This document shows, one piece after another, positions 9,236 to 18,200 of a stretch of 64,000 nucleotides of DNA. Made by a program: the position numbers and the translations under genes. Within the stretch, counting starts at the first letter, position 1, and each line of letters begins with the position of its first letter. Origin of the DNA: Terrimicrobiaceae bacterium. GTDB lineage: Bacteria > Verrucomicrobiota > Verrucomicrobiia > Chthoniobacterales > Terrimicrobiaceae. The DNA is taken from positions 29,876 to 93,875 of the forward strand of contig JBGSVZ010000036.1 in NCBI GenBank assembly GCA_041752695.1, written 5' to 3'. Under the pieces are notes generated by a model that was not told where the DNA came from, made no database searches, and saw nothing but the letters and a program-made list of their open reading frames with translations.

Positions 9236-11055
9236 GCGCGAATTTCAAAAATGCGGGCCGTGGGTAGGCCCTGGGTCGCCAGAACCTCAATGCGTAGCGA
9301 GCGGGCTGGGAAGGGGCTGGCGATCCGGTGGAGGCGTTTGCGTTGGTAGTTGTCCGTCTCCTCCGCCACGACCTTGCCGTCGAGCAGGACGCGATAATGT
9401 TTCACCGTTTCCGGCTGTGGTCCCCGGATGATTTTTTTCGTCACATGGTCGCTGGAGGAAAGAATCAATTCGCGGTCGAATCCCGTGTCGAAAGTGAGAT
9501 GAATCTCCCGGAGCGCGGCCCCATCCGGCAGGGTGAGTTCGATCCAGGCGGGGAGTTCTTGCGATTCCCAGCGGTGAGTCTGCCCGTCAGCCCAGGGCCC
9601 AAGGTTCTCAAAATCGAGCGAGCGGGTGAGTCCATCCACAACCGCTGCGGCCGGGCTGCCTTCCTGCTCCGAGGAGGCGGTTACAATGGCCGCAGGGGCG
9701 AGATCGGCGGGGTCTGCGTTTTTTAACGTGGGAATGAATGCGTCGTCCTTGAGCAGGGTCTGCTGAAGGGAGGCGAGCAACGGACCGGACGTGAGTTCGG
9801 ACAACGCCGCGGAATTTTCCCGGGCGATTGCCGCGGCTGTGCCCACCGCCTGACCCGCCGCGGCACAGGTCGCCATCACACGGGTGCTAGCAAATGCGAT
9901 GTGCGACGCGCTCAGATTGCGTCCCGCAAAAAGCAGGTTCGACACATTCCGCGAGAAAAGGCAGCGGAGCGGAATGGTATACAGTTGGTTCACGTGGGTG
10001 GGCGTGAACGGAGGTTCGTCGCGAGCATCCACGCCGGACGGCGGGTGCAGGTCAATCGCCCAGCCGCCGTAGGCCACGGCATCGGGAAAGATCCGCCCCT
10101 CCTCCACGTCCGCCTGTGTTAGGACGTGGGGGCCAAGCAGGCGGCGGGATTCGCGTTTGCCGGGAATCGCGCCCATCCAGTCGAGCGTCCAGTTCGCGGA
10201 GTCCGGGTGATCGCCGGAATTTTTCACATAGTCCCAGATCCCCATGGCGATGCGCAGGAGTTCGTGGCGGATGATCTCGTTGTCCTTGATCGTGTGGAGC
10301 TGGCCGCCCCACTCAAACCACCAATAGCCATACTCATAACTGTGGATCGGCCGGTGATGGAGGTCGTCCTTCGTAAACTTGCGCACCCAGGACGGGCTGC
10401 GAAACGGCTGCGGGGTTTCGTGGCGTTTTCCCGTGATGAGAATCGAGCTGCCCAGTGTCTGGCGGTCGGCCTCCGCGGGAGCAAGCGATTCTCCGTATTC
10501 GGTCTGATCCTCGCGTCCCATTTGGAAATCCGCCCCCGCCTCCGCGCCCAGGCGGCTGTCGCCGGAACAGTCGGCAAAAAATGTGGCCTCGATTTGAAAA
10601 ACATCCTCCGTCGAATTGCGCAGGACCGTCACGCTGCGGATGGCGGAAGTTTCCCGATCCTGCGTGCAGGCCAGAAATGTCGTATCAAGCAGGAGGGTGA
10701 TCAGCGGCTCGGCCAGCACCTTCTCATACAACAGAAGATCCCACTGCGGGTAACAGCGGTAAGCGTTGCGCACCGCATCCTCAATTTTCAATTCTTCAAT
10801 CAGGCCCGATTCCCGCGCCCCGGGGCGCTGGCCGTGGCAGTCCGCCCCGACGATGTGCATCTTGATTTCGCTGGAGGCATTGCCGCCCAGGACCGAACGA
10901 TCCTGCACGAGCACAACGCGGCAGCCATTGCGGGCGGCAGCCAAAGCTGCGCAAACGCCCGCCATGCCGCCCCCAATCACGACAAAATCGGTCTCGAGAA
11001 GGTGCGTGGTGAGGAGTTTTCCGGGGACAGGGAGGGGATCCAGAGAATTTTGCAT
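9229..11055 (-). CDS. FAD-dependent oxidoreductase with C-terminal beta-sandwich (F5/8-like) domain
   Basis: VVIGGGMAG, DRSVLGGNASSE, DCSGD, GKRESRR, NLLFAGRNLSASH, STRVMATC. Confidence 0.85.
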   Translation of the reverse strand: MQNSLDPLPVPGKLLTTHLLETDFVVIGGGMAGVCAALAAARNGCRVVLVQDRSVLGGNASSEIKMHIVGADCHGQRPGARESGLIEELKIEDAVRNAYRCYPQWDLLLYEKVLAEPLITLLLDTTFLACTQDRETSAIRSVTVLRNSTEDVFQIEATFFADCSGDSRLGAEAGADFQMGREDQTEYGESLAPAEADRQTLGSSILITGKRHETPQPFRSPSWVRKFTKDDLHHRPIHSYEYGYWWFEWGGQLHTIKDNEIIRHELLRIAMGIWDYVKNSGDHPDSANWTLDWMGAIPGKRESRRLLGPHVLTQADVEEGRIFPDAVAYGGWAIDLHPPSGVDARDEPPFTPTHVNQLYTIPLRCLFSRNVSNLLFAGRNLSASHIAFASTRVMATCAAAGQAVGTAAAIARENSAALSELTSGPLLASLQQTLLKDDAFIPTLKNADPADLAPAAIVTASSEQEGSPAAAVVDGLTRSLDFENLGPWADGQTHRWESQELPAWIELTLPDGAALREIHLTFDTGFDRELILSSSDHVTKKIIRGPQPETVKHYRVLLDGKVVAEETDNYQRKRLHRIASPFPARSLRIEVLATQGLPTARIFEIRAY

Positions 11056-11123
11056 TTAACAGACACCCTACAGAATCCATTTGCCGTGAGGAATGGATTC
11101 TGAGTATTTATTTTTGTGTTTTT

Positions 11124-11942
11124 ATGACTTCCTGGGAAGTGCGGTTGAACAGTCCCTGCGGACGGATTCCCTGCGGGGCCGGATGGACCCGCACGCGGGA
11201 AAACTCCCTTATGTTGCAGGACATGGAACTTTGGTTTGTCTGGCGGGGCCGGGGGTGGATGCGCACCGCGACGCGCGAGTTTTCCCTCTGGCCGGGCTTT
11301 TGCGCACTCATGCGGCCCGGCGGAATTTACGATGCCGGACACGATGAGACCGAGCCGCTGGGCATTGTCTATTTGCACTTCGATGTGCTGCGGGCGGGCA
11401 CGCCCGCTTCACCCGGAAGAACGGCGGACTGGCCGGAATTTTTTGAACTGGCCGATGTCGCCTATTGGGATGCCATGACCCGCCGATTGGTTCAACTGGC
11501 GGCGCAGGATTCCAGAACCGCAGCGGCCCTCCTCAAGGGCGCGCTGGAGGACTTGCTGCGATGCCCTAGCCTCGACGAAATGTCCGCGGGCCAGGCCCCA
11601 ACCCGGCATGAGCGGCGGATCTCGGAAATCACGGCGAGGCTCTCGCTGGACACCTCCGATCTGCCGACCGTGGCGGACCTCGCGAAGGAGGCCGGGCTGG
11701 GGATGGCGCATTTCAGCCGGGTCTTCCGGCGCTTCACCGGGCAGAGCCCCAAGGAGTTTCTCCTCCGCTCCCGCCTGGCGCGCGCTCAGCATTTCCTGCG
11801 CGAGACAGCCATGACCGTCACCGAGATTGCGGACCGACTCGGCTACGCGGACGTGTTTTTTTTCAGTCGGCAGTTCAAGCAGAAAACCGGTCTCTCGCCA
11901 CTGGCCTACCGGTCTCAACGGTCTGGACCCCGGCAGGACTGA
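11124..11942 (+). CDS. AraC-family transcriptional regulator
   Basis: HFSRVFRRFTGQSP and VTEIADRLGYADVFFFSRQFKQKTGLSP. Confidence 0.9.
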   Translation: MTSWEVRLNSPCGRIPCGAGWTRTRENSLMLQDMELWFVWRGRGWMRTATREFSLWPGFCALMRPGGIYDAGHDETEPLGIVYLHFDVLRAGTPASPGRTADWPEFFELADVAYWDAMTRRLVQLAAQDSRTAAALLKGALEDLLRCPSLDEMSAGQAPTRHERRISEITARLSLDTSDLPTVADLAKEAGLGMAHFSRVFRRFTGQSPKEFLLRSRLARAQHFLRETAMTVTEIADRLGYADVFFFSRQFKQKTGLSPLAYRSQRSGPRQD

Positions 11943-12206
11943 AGAGCCTGCAGGCTACACCCTCAGCGGCCCCGGCGATTTTGGCGCAGCGCAGGCCGCC
12001 GCTATAGCCCGCGGATTGACGAAAAACCTCCGCGAAGATGGGGGGCGGAATTGCGACGGGATTGATTTTTGCACGCATTTCGTGGACGGGGTGGGGCAGA
12101 CTTTCAGAATTGGTGACCCCTTCGCCCTGTCCGGCCTTCGCCGTTTTCCCGCATGGGGCCTTGGTTTCCCTCTGGGAAATGCTAAAAGCAGGGTGTTTTA
12201 CAACTT

Positions 12207-13037
12207 ATGAGGGCAAATTTAGCATCGGACGTTTCTCTCCTTTTGGCGGTCGCCGGGGCTTTAACCCTGGCATTCTTCACCGGGGGCTGCGCGACAGCGC
12301 CGAGCGGCCTGCCTACTCCCTTGCCCGGCCGGGAGGCTCGGATGAAACACGGATATCTCTATTACCTTGATGGAGCGGGGGGAGGAACGGCGAAAAACAA
12401 CTGGTCCTCCGGAGTCCGTGCGGGATTACTCGAAGCAGGATACCCTGGGGCGGCGGAAATGTTCTCATGGGAGTCCGGAAAGGGATTGATCGCCGACGAG
12501 GAGACCAGTGTGGTCAAAAAACGCGCCAAGGCGAAGGCCATGGCTGCGGAACTGGAGGCGCGGGTCAAAGCTTACCCCAAGGCCCCCGTTGACATTCTGA
12601 GTTTTTCGGCGGGAACATCCGTGGCGATTTTCGCGTTGGAGGCAGTTCCCCCTGACGTCCAGGTGGAGAACGTGGTGCTGATGGGCTCTGCCATGAGCAA
12701 TTCCTATGATCTTACCGAGGCGTTGAAGCGAGTGCGCGGGCGTTTCTATGTGTTTACTTCCAAGCGCGACCGGATGCTGAGCTTTGCGATGGCGTTTTCC
12801 GGTACCGCCGACCGCAAGCTCGTGCCGGGAGCTGGCGTAACCGGCTTTGTCTTGCCCAAGGATGCCAGCGCGGAGACGAAAAAGCTCTACGCGGAAAAGG
12901 TCGTCATGATCCCCTGGACGAAGGCCATGGAAGCTGACGGCGACGAAGGCCGCCATTTCGATAACATCAAAATGCCGTTTATTCGCGATCATGTCGCCCC
13001 ATTGCTGATGAGTTCTTCTCCTAAGGTGAAACCTTAG
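12207..13037 (+). CDS. Lipoprotein, probable alpha/beta-hydrolase fold
   Basis: Signal peptide ending TGGC; YYLDGAGG; nucleophile-elbow-like LSFSAG; late GRHF. Confidence 0.6.
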   Translation: MRANLASDVSLLLAVAGALTLAFFTGGCATAPSGLPTPLPGREARMKHGYLYYLDGAGGGTAKNNWSSGVRAGLLEAGYPGAAEMFSWESGKGLIADEETSVVKKRAKAKAMAAELEARVKAYPKAPVDILSFSAGTSVAIFALEAVPPDVQVENVVLMGSAMSNSYDLTEALKRVRGRFYVFTSKRDRMLSFAMAFSGTADRKLVPGAGVTGFVLPKDASAETKKLYAEKVVMIPWTKAMEADGDEGRHFDNIKMPFIRDHVAPLLMSSSPKVKP

Positions 13038-13175
13038 GGGACAGAAAAAAGAGGTGTAACCCTGGAGGCGCGGCGGCGACCTGGGCGACAATGTACCCAA
13101 AACCGGAAGAGATTTTTAGACCATACGTTCTCTGTTTCCTCCGTTTGCTCCTGTTCAGGCAATGCTTTTTTTGGA

Positions 13176-14042
13176 TCATACCGCCACCGCCACGATGCAG
13201 GCATTTTCGACCTCCCTGGGAGGCTCTCCCCGCACGTTCGTGATGCGCGGATCCGGTGAAACGATGGTGGTTTGCAATTCTATTTTCAGGCCGTTCTGCG
13301 CGAACAATTGGGCAAGTTCCACCGACGACAGAGCATAAGTGATGCGGCGTTTGGCAAAAACTTCCGCAGTCCGCAGGATCTCTTCGCGCTCCGGCGTTGA
13401 GTATGCGGGAATTTCGGCGAGCCTCCGGGCGGCCACCTCGCAAAAATCGCGAGCCGCCTCCGGGGTGAAAAGCACCGGCCCGCTGGCCGGCCGCACCCGG
13501 TTCACCGCGATGATGTTGCCGCCTGAAGCCAGCAGACCCCGCCATTTTACCACCACGAGATTCCTGCGTTCCGGAGTAAACTGGATGAGAAACGAATGGC
13601 TGCATATGAGGTCGAAGGTCTCCTCCGGCGCATACTCCAAAATGTCTGCGCAGACCGTGGTGACCGGCACGCCCATTCGGTCCGCAAACCATTGGTTGAG
13701 ATGCAACGGCGTTGGGCAGAGATCGAGCACCGTGACGTCCACCTCAACCGCGTTTTTCCGGCAGGCCGAAAGCAAATGGGCCAGGATCCCATAGTCCGCC
13801 GCGCCGGATATCAGAATGCGCTTCCGACCCGGTTTCCGGGCCGCCACGGCAAAGGCTTCACGGAAAAAATCCGCCTGACCGACGGGCGACGCATCGAAGC
13901 CCATGAGCCGCAAATCCTGCCAAAGTCCGTGATACCATCCACAAACATCTCCGCCATTCTCGTCTTTCAGACAAAACTCCGACGCCAGCCGCCGGGCCAG
14001 CGGGGCGCTCTCAGCCAGCGGTTCGTCGGCAAAGCACATCAC
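13176..14042 (-). CDS. Class I SAM-dependent methyltransferase
   Basis: ILISGAADYG, VTVLDLC, CADIL, FDLICSH, LASGG. Confidence 0.75.
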   Translation of the reverse strand: MMCFADEPLAESAPLARRLASEFCLKDENGGDVCGWYHGLWQDLRLMGFDASPVGQADFFREAFAVAARKPGRKRILISGAADYGILAHLLSACRKNAVEVDVTVLDLCPTPLHLNQWFADRMGVPVTTVCADILEYAPEETFDLICSHSFLIQFTPERRNLVVVKWRGLLASGGNIIAVNRVRPASGPVLFTPEAARDFCEVAARRLAEIPAYSTPEREEILRTAEVFAKRRITYALSSVELAQLFAQNGLKIELQTTIVSPDPRITNVRGEPPREVENACIVAVAV

Positions 14043-14131
14043 GTTTCGCTGTTAGCAGCCTTCGCCCCCCAAACAAGGACCGAGTTCGCGATCAACTCCC
14101 GGCCATGGGGGCTTAGGGGGCTTAGGGCTTC

Positions 14132-15143
14132 GGGGTCAGACCTTATTAAAATGTAATAGACCCAGCGCTCGCATCGCAATAGGAGAAGTCGATGCCACGT
14201 CCGCTGCGAATCCAATACGAGGGAGCCCGCTATCACATACTCAGTCGAGGCGACAGAAAAGAGGACATCGTCGTGGACGAGAGAGACCGGGAACAGTTCG
14301 TTAGGACGCTCGGCCAAGCTGCCGTTTACGCCACTTGGCAGGTTCATGCCTTCTGCTTGATGCGGAATCATTTCCATTTGGTGCTCGAAACGCCGGAGCC
14401 GACATTGGTGAAAGGCATGCAGTGGATGCTTGGGACATTTACGGCCCGATTCAACGCCCGGCACAAATTGCGAGGGCATTTGTTTGCCGGGAGATATAAA
14501 ACCATCGTGGTCGACGATGCCGACGACGGCTATTTGCGCAGGGTGTGCGACTACACGCATCTCAATCCCTGGCGGGCCAAACTCCTGCCACCCGGGGAGC
14601 CGCTCGAGGGCTACGTTTGGAGCAGTTATCCCCTCTATCTAAAAAGCCCTCGAAAGCGGCCCCCATGGCTCCGTGTGGATCGTCTGCTGGGTGAACACGG
14701 GATTGCGAGGGACACGGTGGCAGGCCGGAGAGAGTTCTCGCGACAGATGGAAGCGCGGCGCGAGGGGGAAGATGAAGAAGTCCGCCAGACCGTAAAAAGG
14801 GGATGGCGCCTAGGGGCGGAAGACTTCCTGGACCGGTTGGAAGAACGAATGCAAAGCCCGGCCTCGGAAAACCACGACGGACTGGAACGACGGGAAACGC
14901 ATGAAATTCGGGCCGGTCGCCTCATTGAGGAGGAACTCCTCAAGGCGAGGCTCAGCCGTGAAATTCTCGCCGAATTGCCGAAGGGACATGAACTGAAAGT
15001 AAAGATCGCCGTCCGGCTGCACCGCGAAACGACAGTGACTCTGCGATGGATCGCCGAGAACTTAAAAATGGGAACGTGGCGGTATGTCTCGTTTCTTTTG
15101 TACCGTGAACGCACAAATTTGCCGTTTAATAAGGTCTGACCCC
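14132..15143 (+). mobile_element. Y1/HUH (RAYT-like) element bounded by a perfect 19-bp terminal inverted repeat
   Basis: GGGGTCAGACCTTATTAAA (14132-14150) and TTTAATAAGGTCTGACCCC (15125-15143) enclose only the transposase gene. Confidence 0.8.
14192..15139 (+). CDS. REP-associated tyrosine transposase-like protein (Y1_Tnp) with C-terminal HTH
   Basis: MPRPLR..YHILSRG, CLMRNHFHL (HUH), GHLFAGRYK, YTHLNP, WSSY. Confidence 0.9.
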   Translation: MPRPLRIQYEGARYHILSRGDRKEDIVVDERDREQFVRTLGQAAVYATWQVHAFCLMRNHFHLVLETPEPTLVKGMQWMLGTFTARFNARHKLRGHLFAGRYKTIVVDDADDGYLRRVCDYTHLNPWRAKLLPPGEPLEGYVWSSYPLYLKSPRKRPPWLRVDRLLGEHGIARDTVAGRREFSRQMEARREGEDEEVRQTVKRGWRLGAEDFLDRLEERMQSPASENHDGLERRETHEIRAGRLIEEELLKARLSREILAELPKGHELKVKIAVRLHRETTVTLRWIAENLKMGTWRYVSFLLYRERTNLPFNKV

Positions 15144-15215
15144 TATGGTCGCCTATGGTGGTTGGCGGCACTTTCTCAGTGCACGAAGTGCGTCCGATCT
15201 CGCTCCCCCCCGCCA

Positions 15216-18200
15216 TCAAGGGCGCGTCACCCTCAAGCGCATAAAGCGTTTCGTGGCGGTGGAGAGCGCTTGAGTGTCGTCCACCCTCACAGTGCCGGGT
15301 GCCGATCCGCCGTGCGTGTAAAGTGGAGTCCAGGTGGAACCTAAATCGCTTTTCGCTTCCACGATGTAGGTCACGTCTGAGGCCGTTCCCGTGAAGGTGT
15401 AGCTAAGGTAATCGCTGCCATCAATCGCCTGCACTTCCAGGATCAGTCCCGCAGAGGCCGCTGTGGCGGGGAGGTTGGGATTTAACCCTAGGGCATACTT
15501 GACGAGATTGGCCATGCCGTCGTTGGCCGCACTAGCGGCATCGGCGCGGTTCCCGCTGTCATCAGTCGTCCCGAAGTAGTTCATCCGCCAGGCGTCGATC
15601 CCGGAGGCGGCCGCGATAGATGCCGTGGTGGTGGCCCAGGTGCTTATTGCCCCGTCATTGGCGGTCAGCATCAGGGCGTAGTTCCCAGCCAAGCTGAAAT
15701 TCACGCTGGTCGCGGTGGCGGCGGCGTTGCCGAAGGCTGCGTTTCCGGGTCCGCCGGAGAGACTCCAGCCCAGGGTCAGCGCCGCAGGCAGGCCATCATC
15801 CATGGCCGTCCCGGAGAGGGCCAGGAACTCGCCTGCGTTGCCAGAAATCGACGCGCCCGCGCTAACCACCGGTCCCATGTTCGCGGGCGAGGCAGCCGAC
15901 AAATCCTGAATTTCCGAGAGCGACAGCGCGCGGTTGTAAATGCGGACTTCGTCGATGGAGCCAATGAAATCGAAGAGGTCGTTGGCTCCGACTTTCAGTG
16001 GGGAGGTATTGTAACGCGGCACGCTGGTGGGGGAGATGGTGATGAAGCGATTCGGGCTCCCGTTGATGTAGAGCTGGAGATTATTCGAGGTCAGGGCGCC
16101 GTCAAAAACCACGCCGAGGTGATACCATTGGCCCGCGGTCAGGGTGGTGGCGCTTTGCAAGGTCGTTCCTCCGCCGATGGTGACGTAGACTGGCGACGAG
16201 GAGCCGTCGGTCGAGCCTCGCAGCTCAATCCGGTAGGACTCCTTGTTGAAGGCTCCGAGGCGTTTGGTGATGACGCCGTAGTAACTGCTGCCACCGACGG
16301 GTAAGCTAGTCGGCTTGATCCACATCGAGATGGACATCTTGCCGAAGCCGTCGAGGGGGTTGGAATTGGTGGACGAATCGGCCACTTCGACGCGTTGCAG
16401 TCCGGTGGCGCAGGTCAGCGCCCCGGCAATGCGGCCCGAGGTGTTCCAGGCTGGCGAGTTGACGAGAACTCCATTGGTGGTTGGGGTCATGCCGGAGCTG
16501 TCCGCGGCAGTGCTGCCGGTGGTTTCGTCAAGGGAGAGGCGCAGCTTGAGGCTGCTGTCGGCGGGGCCGCTGACAGGCGCGGCAAGAACGCGCACCGCAA
16601 TGTCCCGGGTGGACTGGTCGACGCCGTCGTGGGCGGTCAGGCGCAAGACGTAGTCGCCGACGGAACCGAAGGTGGCACCGGTCGAAGGGGAGGTTGTGCT
16701 GGTGAAGGTGACGTTCCCCGGGCCGGAGACTTTGGACCATTGCAGTGTGAGGGCACCTGCGCGGGCCGGCAGCGGAGTAACGGTAGTGTTAAGCAGGATC
16801 CCCGAGCCGGGGTAGATACAGGCCGGGTTTGAGGTTGGCGAGGTGACTGTGATGTTGGGGGCGTTGGTGGTCTCAAAAACGATGTATGGCCGAGCGCCGC
16901 CGTAGGCGTTGGCGGAGCCCACCGCGACCATCTGCGGAGTTGCGGTGAAGAAACGCAAACTCACTTTTTTCAACGGGTCGTTGGCGAGAGTTTCGCGCAC
17001 GTAGGATGTCACGTCGAACTGCAGCAGGGTGCCTGGGGTGTTCACGCCGGAGTCGGTGAGTGTGGGCACGCTGGTGTTGTAGCTCGTGGGACGGGTGTTG
17101 TAGGTCATGCTCGTCGTGGATACGAAGGCCAGGGCGGGGTCATAGGTCCAGGTCCCGAAGCCGACGGTGAGGAGGTCGAAGCTGTCCGCGTCCACGACGT
17201 TGATCGCATAAGGTCCGAAGGAAGGCGCTCCGGTTCCAGTGAGGCCGGCGAGGGAAACTTGGGTGCCGTTAGTGAAGCCATGGCCGGGGCAGGCGATGCG
17301 GGTTTTGCCGGCGCCGTTGTTGCTCACTCCGGTGAAAGGACGGGCGATGCCGCGGTCGATCCAGCCATCCAAGCTGTCGGCGATGAGATTGGCTTGGACA
17401 TTGGCGATGGTTCCGGTGGCGGCACCCGTGGTGACGTAGAGGTAAAGGGTGGCGCAGACGAAGCTGTTGTTCGTCGCTAAGCCCGAGAGATCGTATCGAT
17501 GAAAAGTTTCAAACAGGTTGGTGGAAACGCCCGAGATATAACCAAATTCCTCGGCGCCAAAGGACGCGGCGGGTTTGGCCTTGTCGGTGTAGGTCGTGGC
17601 CTCGGGATAGAGCACAGTCGCGCTGACGGAGTCGACCGTGAGCGTGAATGCCTGGGTGGCCGTCTGATTGAGCTGATCGGTCACTCGGGCCGTGAAGGTA
17701 AAGGTCCCCGTCGCGGTGGGTGTGCCGGAGAGGACACCGGCGCTGGAGAGCGCAAGGCCTGCGGGTAGCTCGCCAGAAACGAGCGACCAGCCATATTGGG
17801 GCACCCCGCCTTGCGCGACGAAGGTGACGGAGCGGGGTGAGTTCCAGTTAAACGTCGGAAGCGAGGTGGTGCTGATCGAGACGGCGGTCGGGGCGGCGTC
17901 GATGTTGATCGACTGGGTCGCGCCGAGGCTGGCGTTGTAGAAGGTGCCACCGCCGGTCGTTTCGAGACGAACCGCGCGAACCAGGTAAACGTGGCTGCCG
18001 GAGGTGACGCTGGCGTCGGTGTAGGAGGTGCCCGTGATCGGAGTTTCGGTCAGGCGGGTAAAGGGAGCGCTGGCGTTTGCCGCGCGGTAGATGTGATAGC
18101 CTAGGATCTGCGGTGCGGGTGAGGCGGTCCAGGTGAGGACGGGGTTGCCGGTAGTTTTCACCACGCTGAGCGCGGTTGGCGGCTCAAACATGAAGAGGCG

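Noticed and set aside
12093..12120. Degenerate mini-copy of the Y1 element (GGGGCAGACTTT..GGTGACCCC)
   Set aside because: Matches of only 7-10 bp; could be chance in GC-rich DNA
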